Shown here one piece after another: positions 23,771 to 34,900 of a DNA stretch of 64,000 nt. The notes under the pieces were generated by a model. It was given only the letters and a program-made list of their open reading frames with translations, had not been told where the DNA came from and ran no database searches. This DNA comes from Monocercomonoides exilis PA203. Taxonomy: Eukaryota; Protista; Preaxostyla. Position numbers and translations under genes: made by a program. The stretch covers positions 62,001-126,000 of the forward strand of contig LSRY02000068.1 of NCBI GenBank assembly GCA_001643675.2, written 5' to 3'. Each line of letters opens with the position of its first letter. Positions within the stretch are counted from its first letter, which is position 1.

Positions 23771-24958
23771 CTGGTTTGTTTAAAGTGGAAATAACCGAGA
23801 AAACTTAAAGGTTGAAATCAAAGAAGAAGAAATAGAAGAAAAGAATGTTGAATTTCAACAATAAATTAAAGGCTTCCTTCCACCAGCGTTTTCAGCAGAA
23901 GAACAAGATCGTTCAAATTAATTTCTCTTGCAGCAGGTGTTATTTTGAATGGCTGCTATTTCAGGATTCATCTCAGTAGCAACAATGCATAGCAAAGAGT
24001 AGAAATGTGCTCAGTGAAGGCAATATCGGAGCGAGAAAAGCATTTTTATTCAACTATCAATCCAGGCCATCCTTATGGAGAGGTGTTTCTTTGGAAAATG
24101 GTTTGTTTTCTCAAGCTTCCTCGTCAAATTGTTCAGTCGGGTGAAATCAGATGATTTTCGTAATCCAAGGTATTTGACAAATCTCAAAAGAAAAAGGGTT
24201 CACTGCTTTGTTATGTTCCATCAACCATGCATCACGGCATCCTTGTCATTAAAGTTGGGATTCACATATCTTTTTTATTTGTTTTTCTCACGCTAAACAA
24301 TTTTGATGTGTCCTTTTTTCGATTCACAATCATTTTCATCACTTTCTTTTCTCGCAATCAGTCGTTGCTTTTTGCCTGCTCATTTCTTTTTAGCTTTTTG
24401 GTTCTTAAGTCATCAACAGTTCTTCCAGCAACTTTGAACAGACATCAATGATCAGCTTAAAAAACACACTTGAAATATATCAATGAACACACACAAAAAA
24501 ATAAATCGTTATATTGCACAAACTTTTCCATTCAGGGAATCGGAAATTAAAAAATGCAAGAAACTATTTTCTCCTCAAGAATTGCTCCGAACCGTTTCTC
24601 TCTTCTCACAAGCAAAATTCCATTTTAGCATTGAAATTAAAATCATTGCACGAAGGAGGAGAAGCCTGCTTCAAGCAGTGTTTTAAATCAAAAACTGTAA
24701 TCTAATCCTTCGAAATGAAATTCTGTTGGTTTGATCAAACAGAAACAAAAGATCGATATTTCTGTAGATTCCAAACCAAGATTGCAGAACTCGTTGGAAA
24801 TTCTATATTTTCGCTAATTTTGTAAAGAAAAAGCATTTGCGTTGAAACCAAGATCCTTTCATTTTGAAAAATAATCAACAATGTTTGTTTTTCTGTTTGT
24901 TTTTCTGTTTTTCATTTGAAATTTTGCTGCAAATTGATCATCGCACATAACAAACAGA

Positions 24959-26471
24959 ATGGAAATGTATGATGAAGACAAATCCAATGGTGATATTCAG
25001 GAGCCGTCTTTTGAAGATAAGTTTTCAAGTTTGTTCATTTTTTTATTTTTTGAGTGTTCAGCGCTTTCCATCATAAATAAATTTATTGAAGAATTGTTTA
25101 CTGTTCTGGGGCATTGCAATGAAGATGAACAGAGTAAGAAAATAGAAGAAATGAATGAAATTATTGATAAAATGAATAAAGATGAATTTGAATCAGTTTT
25201 CACAACAAGAATGTTCAATAAAATGAACAAATTGATTGAAAAAAAGAAATTGACAATGGAGAATGCCATTTTGCTGATGAAGCACATAGGATATTGCAAA
25301 GCGCTGAAAAAAGTGTGGAATCACAGTTATGACTTTTCTTTGTTGAACAAAAGATTTGAAAAAATGATTATAAAAGAAAAAAAGAAAAAGAAAGAAAAGA
25401 AAGAAATGCTACTGATTGAACTCTGCGAATGCTATCTTTTGCTTATTGACCAGCTTATTTCAAAATTGTTTCCAATCTGTGTAACTTATCTTTTGAAAGT
25501 AGCGTTGAATAAAGAGGATAACAAAGAAGTTCAGAAGGAAGTGGAAATGGCTTTGCTCGCGTTGAGTTGCATAAGCTCGTTTTCCGTATGAGCATTTTTA
25601 TTTCCCTTTTAATGTTATTGGAGGGTTTTTTCTTTTCTTTTCTTTTTTTCTTTTGTCTTTTAAATAAAAATGTTTATTTATTTATAAATTTATTTTTATA
25701 AATTAGAAAATGACAGAAGAACTGTATTTGAACGAGATCAAAGAAATCATCCAATATCAACAAGAACGCAACAATCTGACGCATCTTGCTTATTTGTCTG
25801 CTTGGAAGTTTTTGATGGAAAGATTATTCAGCAATTGGGGTTTGAAAGAAGCTTTTTTGAATGAACTACATTTCGCAAAAGAGGCAGCAAGAGAATTGGA
25901 AGAGCTGATGAAATATGTGGATTGGAAGAGAGAGAAAGAAGAGGAAAGAGAAAAAGAAACGAAAGAAGAGGTTATTTTGATGAGCTGGCTCAAAACATTT
26001 CTGAGTTATCTTTTATATTGCAAATTTTGGAATGAAGAACATGCTGTTCTCATTGGGTGCATTGTTCAGATATATCGAATATCGAAGGACTATTACAGAG
26101 AAATAAACGAGGAATGCATATATTGCATTCAAACAGCATCGTTTAACAAATATGTGAATGTTGATTACTTGATGAAAGGAGGAGCAGTTGATGCAATTTT
26201 AGAGGAATTGCAGCGGCCAACGTTGAATGAAAAGAAGGTATATAAATGCTTACAATTCTTTAAGAATGTTTCGGAAAGATTGAAAGAAGAGAAGGATGAT
26301 GAATTGGAAGAAGTGAAAAGAAAGGTAATGAAAAGGAAAGTGTTTGAAAAGATGGAAGAAGAAGGATGCGAAGATATTATCATAAGTTTTCATGAAATAA
26401 TTGATTTTCTCCGTCAAAAATATTATTGTGTTTTATCATTAGATATTTCTGATTATTTTGTGAATGTTTAA
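24959..26471 (+). CDS. Lineage-specific helical (ARM-like) repeat-family hypothetical protein, 3 exons
   Basis: Exons 24959-25028, 25092-25585 and 25707-26471. Introns 25029-25091 (GTTTGT..AAG, 63 nt) and 25586-25706 (GTATGA..TTAG) join the 210-aa and 253-aa ORFs in frame. The protein is E/K-rich and helical. Confidence 0.75.
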
Positions 26472-27288
26472 GAAAATAAAACTCATTATATATTTTTACT
26501 CAAAATTACATGTTATTTAATTTCGTTTTTTTTTTTTTTTAACTCCCTCATTTTTCCATTTGTCAATCAAACATTTGAAGAATATTTTTCTTTTTCTTTT
26601 CTCTCTTCCTCTCTTCCTCTCTTTCTCTTTCTTTCTCTTTCTTTTGTTTTAGGTTTTTTGTTAAGCAATATTATTAAATGGATTTTTTATTCGATAAAAC
26701 TTTTGTCTCAATTTACAAAGAAACAAAGAAATTCAAATTGATCTTTTGTTCTTTTTCGAGTCTTTGCAACATTATTTTCTTCATCAAACAATTATCAAGA
26801 ATAATGACAACCCGAAAACTCATTTTTTCAAGCATATAGTCTGAAAAAAGTGGGGAAAAACATAGAAGAAAACAAAGGAAAATAAAAGAAAACAACATAA
26901 TAAATTTGGTATTAAAAACATTATGAATCCACCTTACTGCATTAAATGTTATTTGATAAACAACTGTTAGCCATAATAAATTATTTGACGAGACTTTTTT
27001 TAATGGATGAAATGTGAATAAACATTTTTTATTCGAATGATCTGACTTTGGTAAATGCAGAAAATAAGGGTACCTAAATTTATTTATTGTTTTGAAATAA
27101 ATCGCAATAAATTTCTAATTCACATTAACTCATGTGTTGAATATAAGTGACACATCAAATTAGTGAATTGTGAAGGAAAAATGAAACAAACAATTTCATA
27201 TATGGATTTGTTTTTAAGTTTTTTAACATTTTGTTTCATTTAATAAATCTGATATGAAAAGGAAATATAAAGTTGTTTTCGTTCAATA

Positions 27289-29752
27289 TAGTCCGTTACA
27301 AAACCTGGGACATTTCTGTATCAAATTCATATGGGGGAAAATATGAACTTTCAAGCTTTTAATGCACAAAACATGAAAAAATTGTTTAACTTATTACATA
27401 ATAAAACGTTGTCAGATTTCAAAATAAATTTGATTTTCATTTCTGTAAACAAACATCATTGATGAAATGACAAAATGTTTTGTGACCTCACATATATTTC
27501 AAAAAATAAACCCATTTTTTTCAAAACTCTTTATCACAAAAAGTCAATGAAAAGTGCATAATTTTTCAATGAAAATGCTTGAAGTGAAATATTTTGCCCC
27601 ATATTTCAAATGTGAATTCTATTTCCAAACAAATTGTAAAAAAATCAATCAGACAAACTTTGGTAATATTTTTTGTTAGGTTTTTAATATCTTGCTCATC
27701 TCCTGTTGATAGACATTAAAAATTTTGTTGATCATATTTCCATTAATCGAATAAAAAAAGTACAAATTTCATCTTCTTTTCCATCCAAAAAGTTGTCACC
27801 AATAAAGGCCTCCGCAGAATTCCGCAGATAATCAACACAGTCCGAAAAAGTTGATTCTCAATAAAAATAAGATGAAGTCAGACCTTCTGATTAAGAAAAA
27901 GAAAATATCACTTCACATTCATTAGTTTTCCGACACATTGCTTCAATAAAAGCAGGAAGAGATCCGCATCATATTGGACGTCCAGGATTGTTTAACAAAG
28001 AAGAAATCGAGGAAATTGAAGACTGCACAATAGCTCAAATATCTTCTTCCAACAAATTAACAGTTTCGGATATAATAAAATTCGCGTGATAAATATTGAT
28101 AATGATTTTTTAACTTTGTATTTTTTGATAGGCAGAAAACGTTATAATGAAAAAAAAATAAGAAAAGCGTTCCATCTTTGGAATGCCACAAAATTAATAC
28201 AAAATGGGCTCGCAGGTTTATAAATAAAAGCGGATTGTTGAAACTGATTTAACAAACATAAATTAATCTTCATCGACTTCTTTCTTCAACTATTAAAAAT
28301 ATGAGAACAAGGTTCTCTTTATTCAAGAACGTTATTGATGTTTATCAAATTTCTTCGGATTTGATCATCAATATGGATGAAACAGGAGTATTAATGAAAC
28401 AATCAGAATAAAAAATAGTCGTTTCAAAAGAAACACAATGCACTCTTCTTCCTGAGTCGCAAAGACGCAAAAATGCAACATTGTTTTTCACTAAATTTGA
28501 TGACAGTTCATCATTGGATCCGATCATGTTGTGGCCGTCCCACACTCTTTCCGAGGATCTTAAAGAATTAAAATACCGCTGAATTAATTGTTTAGCTAAT
28601 GGAACTGGATGGATGAGAATGAACGATTTTGAAAAGATAATGATAGAAATATTATTTCACAAAATTAATGAGAAAAGAATCGAGCTGCATGGAACATCTA
28701 CTCATGCTTTAATTAATCTCGATGGCCATTCTTCTCACCTTTGTTTTCAGATAATATCTTAGTGCAGAAAACATTTTATTCTTAATCTTATTCTTCCTTC
28801 ACATTCTACTCACATGACTCAGCCCTTGGACAGATTTGTGTTTGCGCATTTCAAGAATTGCTTGAAAAGATCATTTCAAGTTCATTCAGATTCCTCTATA
28901 TCTTCCTACCTAAAAGCATTAATTCCAGCTGTTTCTGACGAAGTCATCGATTCTCTTTGCCCGAAAATTGTTAGAAAATCATTTGCAGCATGTGGAATTC
29001 ATCCATTTGACCCTTCTGCCGTTTATCAGTGTCTTCCGCAGAACACTGAAGCCTCTTCGATGGTTGAAAAATCATCAAACGATTCTTCACATGCAAACAG
29101 CTTCAGCATGAAATTTATGACAGGGGATGATTTTTTTTTTTTTTTTGAAAACTTCACCATTCAATTAGATAAAAAGATAAAAAGTCTAACTGCAAATTCT
29201 TCATTGAAACGCAACATTTCTGAATATTGTGAAAACGAATCATCAAACATAACGGACAAAAGTCCTTCAATTCCAGAAGATACAGAAAGAGTTGAAACTC
29301 ATAAACATGAAAAGAAAACAATTGTATGTGATGAAGCTATATGAAAATTATCTGAAACAGAAGAAGAACGTGAAGCACAATCAGAAAATACTTCCGAAAA
29401 TGCACTGTTCACCGGAGAAAAAAGGAAAAGAAAATTCACTCGAGAAAGTGCTTGGGGATCAATATTTGATTTCGGTTCAGAACTTTTAATAAGAAGAATG
29501 CATTTGTTCACAGTGAAGCAAACTTGTCACTTCTTATTAAATCTTCTTATTATTCTTTTCGCAATTCTTTTTATTATCTATCAATATTACAATCGCATCG
29601 TTTCGGATTTTTGAGTTTCTCCATTTGAAATCATTTTATCTTTACGGATAATTCATTCTCAACAAAAAAACATAGCAGTTTTTATATTATATCTTGTTGA
29701 TATCTTTTTGGAAATAACCTGTTCCAATTGTCTCGGGTTTTGTCACTGACTA
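27289..29752 (+). mobile_element. pogo/Fot1-like (Tc1/mariner superfamily) DNA transposon, about 2.46 kb, decayed
   Basis: TIRs are tagtccgttacaaaacctgggaca (27289-27312) and the reverse complement of 29729-29752, tagtcagtgacaaaacccgagaca (20/24 identical). Each is flanked by TA (27287-88, 29753-54). A transposase relic lies between them. Confidence 0.85.
27872..29490 (+). pseudogene. DDE_1/CENP-B-type transposase pseudogene (DD35D)
   Basis: Motifs GRPGLF, NMDETG (D at 28376), NGTGWM, LDGHSSH (D at 28721), LPSHSTHMTQPLD (D at 28829, 35 residues after the second D) and FAACGIHPFDP. Several in-frame stops and frameshifts. Confidence 0.85.
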
Positions 29753-29870
29753 TATTTTTCAGGGGAATATAACAACTGATGTAAAAATGATTTTTTTGAA
29801 ATTCTTCAAATTCCATTTTAATCAATAAATTTGTTGACTACAAAACGAGGAATAACATTTGCAGTCTCCG

Positions 29871-31713
29871 TCACAATTCAAATATTTTATTGATAGTCAA
29901 AGCCTGCACTTGAATGAAATGGTGATTGATGTATTGAAAACTATTTGTCAAATCAAATAAACCACTATTCTCAAAATGTTCGATTATGAATTGCCTATAT
30001 CCTTTCATATCCATTGAATATTTATTGTGCTTCATAAATGAGCTTCTCGCAACATCTCCAAATATATAAAAAGCTTCTAGAATCGTATCTTCTGTTGTTG
30101 TAGCGAAGACGAATGCAGTCAAACTTCCAATGATATCCATATTAATAACAATTTTTTTCTGTGAAACTGTGCATTTCTCAATGCATTGTTTTTGAATGCG
30201 AATAATTAACCTCTGCCAATCACAAGACAAAGATGAATTTGATCTAAATATCTTATTATTCATCTTGCTTGCAGAAATACAATTAAAGGCGATTGCTCTT
30301 CTTCTTCCGAAGCATTTTGTTGCTTCTTTAAAAAATGTTGAATTTTCTTCTTTTTTTAATGATTCAATTTTAGTACGTGATTGTTTCGAAGAAAGCAGCT
30401 TCACTGGAAGTCGAGAGGCTTTCGCTCTTATTTTGATATTCGACAAATCTCTTGAGCTTTTTTTGCTTGCTGCATGCGTTGCCTTCGATGTCTGCTCTTT
30501 CTTTGGCAATTCAGTGCAATTTCTTGCAGTCTGGTTTTGAGGTTGTGGTTTAATTAAAAATATCATGTTTTGAAAGAGCATAGGTGTTTTTAACATCTTT
30601 TCAACGTGAACTGAAGTTACAGAACTGAAAAGTTTGCTCATCAAGCGAAAGGCAGATCCCATATGTTTATCTGCTCCTGAATACTTTTGCTTCAATAACT
30701 GATGTATTCTCATCATCGATGAAGGAATTTGAATTTCAGAAGTCAAGCTCTCACACGACTTTCTGATGATTGATGTATTTTGCGCTTTATCCTTAAAACA
30801 AGGTTGCCTTTTGGATAAACAATGAACACATGATTCAAGCCTTTTACCATATAAAGGTTTAGAAGTTTCAAAATCTTTCTCGTCGGATGACGTGCTGATC
30901 CATTTGCCCATTATTGATGCCAACTTCAAGAGAAGAGGCTGATTGATGCTAAGGTCTGAAATAGCATCGAATGATTGATACACAAAACTGATAAGGCATT
31001 CCAATATCAATTCTGTAATAATTGGATCACTTTGCTCGATAAATGGAATAAGATGATCATAAATTTGTTCGCTGCAAAGGTTGAAATTATTTAATGTATT
31101 TTTTGAAAGACATAAAAACTGATAAATAATAGATATAAGAATTATTTGATTTCCAACAAGATCAGGATGCTCCAAAGTGTTCAGCAAAAATCCAGAAATA
31201 ACTTGAAGAACATCTTTCTTAATTGGAGTACAAACGGACGAAGTAGAAATAATAGAGGTTATTAAAATGTTGTTCATATGACCATCTGAAAGACGTGAAA
31301 TAATGGAAACAAGATGTTGAAAAATTTGTGACTCTCTTAAAGAATCAGATAATGATTGTTGGTCTTTCTCATCCCCATATATTGAGACATATGATGTAAC
31401 ATAATTTAAGATATCATAAGACAGCATCTGCAATTCGAAGTTTGGAATTGAAAGCAAAATATGCAAGATTTCTGAAAGAATATCTTCGTTCATAAACAAA
31501 ATAACATTTCGACGATCCGCTTCAAAAACATATACTCGTAATTCCTTTAATGCATCCTTTAATTGCATTTCAGAACTATCATGAAGTTTCTGGGCACACT
31601 CTTTAATTCTAAATATTGAATTTCAATAATTAAAAAATACAAACTTTTCACAACGTGAGATAACGAATAATTTGACGAATATATCTTTACAGGAATTTCA
31701 TTTGATAGCATCA
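29871..31713 (-). CDS. Hypothetical alpha-helical (ARM/HEAT-like) protein; 5' exon(s) uncertain
   Basis: A 565-aa open frame extends upstream to an AG acceptor near 31609. It has a Leu/Ile-rich amphipathic helical pattern. A candidate ATG lies near 31710-31713, with a short intron. Confidence 0.6.
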
Positions 31714-31921
31714 TTGAAATATTTTTATTTTGTAAAAATAGCGATATTCATCAAAAATACAAATTATCAACTTAAATAATATATTAGGGGTAAAACATTC
31801 AAGACTTGATTTCTTCAGAGAAACAACTGAAATATCCATACAAAAATTTTTGAAATTATAAATCTGAAAATGATCATTGAAACCCAAATCATAACCCACA
31901 GTTATCATATTTATAAAATTT

Positions 31922-31973
31922 TTGTTGCCGAGAGAGATTAGCTGTTATATAAATCAAGCTCTCTCGACAACAA
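31922..31973. promoter_or_regulatory. 15-bp inverted repeat with a TATA-like loop in the divergent intergenic region
   Basis: ttgttgccgagagag (31922-31936) pairs with ctctctcgacaacaa (31959-31973), 14/15 complementary. The loop contains ttatataaat. The repeat ends 9 nt before the kinase ATG. Confidence 0.5.
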
Positions 31974-31982
31974 TTATCAAGT

Positions 31983-34900
31983 ATGAGCCAATCCAAAGAT
32001 AATGATCAACATTGGGAATTTGAAAATGAACCAAAGCAAAATGAGAGTTTATCAACATCTCGGCAAAATGCTAAGGTCGAAGCACAGCACCAAAATATCA
32101 AACAAGAATCTGTATTACCTATTTTCACCCTTGCGGATTTTGAGATTTTAAAGCCGATTACTGCTGGGGCTTATGGACGAATTTTGCTTGTGAGACCTTC
32201 AAGAAAATTAAAAAGCAAGAGTAAGCAGTTGTATGCAATGAAAGTGTTAAAACGTTCGAGCATCACAGAGGCAAAAGTTCAAAAGAGATTGTTGTTGGAA
32301 TATGAAATTTTGGCAAAATTATCAATGGAGCAAGCTGATTACATTGTTAGACTTGCATGCTCCTTTCAAACAAAAGGTAATTTTTATCTCGTGATGGAAT
32401 TTCAGCCAGGTGGAGATCTTTATTCACTTTTAGCATCCTTTGGATGCTTTGATGAATCAGTTGCATGCCAATATCTTGGAGAGATTGTACTTGCTGTTGA
32501 CTTTTTGCACAAGCATAATGTTATCCATTGTGATCTTAAGCCAGACAATCTATTAATTGGAGAAGATGGGCACCTTCGTCTTACTGATTTTGGACTTTCT
32601 ACTCCAGCTTTTTTGGAAATGATGGATCAAAAAACAAATTTTGAATCAGAGCTTCAGAATGAAGCAACACACACTTACAAGGGAATTAATGAGCCAAACA
32701 ACGAAACAAAATTGTACGAACAAAGTCTCTCCATCCATGGCAATGAGAATAGCATTTCCAATCAGACCAACGAAAAATCACAAGAAGAAAACAATGAATG
32801 TTCAGGTGTGACTTTTATCAAAAATCTTTCTTTCAACTCATTCGTCACTTTAGTAGATCATCCAGCGCAATTTTTATTGCACAACGGCTCTCCTCACCCA
32901 AACGCTGCAGGACAAGGAATGGACGCAAAGACAACTGCTGAATCATTTTCCAACAGTGTGAGTGGCAAGATGGCACAAGAGTCTGCTGTGTTTGTGCAAA
33001 CAAATGATTCTGCCTCATCTTCTCCTGCCATTAATTTGCACTCTCCCACACCAACACATTCGCCTTCATTTGCTGCAGCTTCTCAGCCGCATCTCATCTC
33101 ACCGTCATCTTCGCCTGCTCCTGCTTCTCCCACACCTCCTCCGTCTTTCTCGCCTTGCTCTTCTCATTCCTCAGACCAAGCAAATGGAGCAGCAAGCCAA
33201 GCAGTCTCATCTTCCTTCGAGTCTCCAATGTCCTCACCATTTTCTTCAACATCCTCTTCAGCTTCGTCAACATCATCTTCGTCATCACCGTCATCATCGC
33301 CATCTCCTTCCTCTTCTCTCTCATCTGGATATACTCCATCCTCCACGTCTGCTACTGTTACTGAAGCGTCACACACCTTCCAGACGCCTACGCTCACGCT
33401 CACTCTGACTGCTGCCACTGCTCCCCTTCCTCCAACCTCCCCTCCCTCCACCCCACTCATGTCTCCTCCCTCTCTTCCGCTCTGCTCTGAGTCTTCTCTT
33501 CAGTCCTCTCCCCTCCGCACCTCACACACTGCAATAATCGCCCTCTCTCCTCATTCAGACAGCAGGCGCTCGATGTCTCCTCCTCCGGAGCTGGTGAAGA
33601 TAGCAGACGCAAACACCACTCTTTCTGCATCTCCAGCAGATTACAGGCCAATGTCGCCAAATGCTTCTTCTTCTTCTTCTTCGGCTTCAACCTCAACGAA
33701 TGCTGCTTCTTCACTAAAATCATCTCATTTCAGTGCGATCAACAGCGGGACCAGCGGAAGCGGAGCGTGGGCCATCAAAAACATGTCTCATCAGCCTGTT
33801 TCGCAGTCGATGAATTCTTCAAACGGGAAGCTTTCGTCTTCCATCGCCGCGCTCAACCACCCGAACTTTGTTGAGTTCACCTTCGACTCGCCTGCGGTGG
33901 ACACTCCACACTCCACACGCAGCGCCGGCTCTTCTGCTGCACGTCATTCGCGCTCGCGCTCGCGCTCCCCTTCGCCTGTCTCTGCAAGAAATACTCAGCC
34001 GTCGGCGCGCCATCAGCGCACTGGATCAGCTGCCCTCTCTCTTTCTCCTCCGAGCGATGGACACTTCGCTTCTCAGTTCTCTTCGCTCTCTTCGTGCTCA
34101 TCGACACAGCTGCCTTCATCTCCTTCTTCTCCTTCTCCTTCTCCTCTTTCTTTATCCCCCTCTTCTTCTTCTTCTTCTGCATTGCCATCCCCTTTGAGGC
34201 AGGACAAGCGCCTCAGCCAGTTTACATCCTCTCTGCAGATGTCCGAGTCATGCAGCCAATCTTCTTTGAGTGACACACAAAGTGACACATCAGAGCCACC
34301 ACAGCCATTGGAGACGGAATGCTCAGAGGAGCCATTTGTGGCATTGGATGAAGGGAAAGACAGAACAGCGAGTGGAAAAGAGCAGACAACGGGACAATCA
34401 ACACAGCAGCCATTTGCACTTCATGGTGAACAAGGAAGAGGGCCATCAACTGGTTTGTCTATGCAGACAGCATCTGATGGCACAGGTGATAAAAAGTTGT
34501 TTGAGTGTTCTCAGTCAGGCCATGTTACTTCTCTTCTTGAAGTGGCATTGATGTCTGATAAAAACTCATCTATGTCAGCAGCACAGTCTGCTCATTGCAT
34601 TCAGTCGTTCGATGCTTCATCTCAAAATAATACCTTTTCTGAATCACAGAACATGAATTTATTGTCAAATAATCCAGATGCTGCACCAATATTAATGGTG
34701 CCTGAGTCATCGTCACCAAGCCCAGTCAAAACGGAGGAGATGCCAGTGAAAACGAAATGCCTGGCAGAAAATGAAGGGGCGACAGAACAAAACTCGCCTG
34801 AAAGTGACAGAGAAAAGAAAACAGAGGAAGAAAAGTGTTCTTCTTCAGACGGGAAAACCTCAACAGAAGGCAGCAATACGTCCGAAATTGAAAACACACA

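Noticed and set aside
27872-29490. In-frame TAA/TAG in the transposase as a sign of a TAR=Gln genetic code
   Set aside because: TGA stops and frameshifts also occur. Intact genes here terminate with TAA (26471, 45135, 58200, 60388), and the 9-12 kb ORFs contain no internal TAR.
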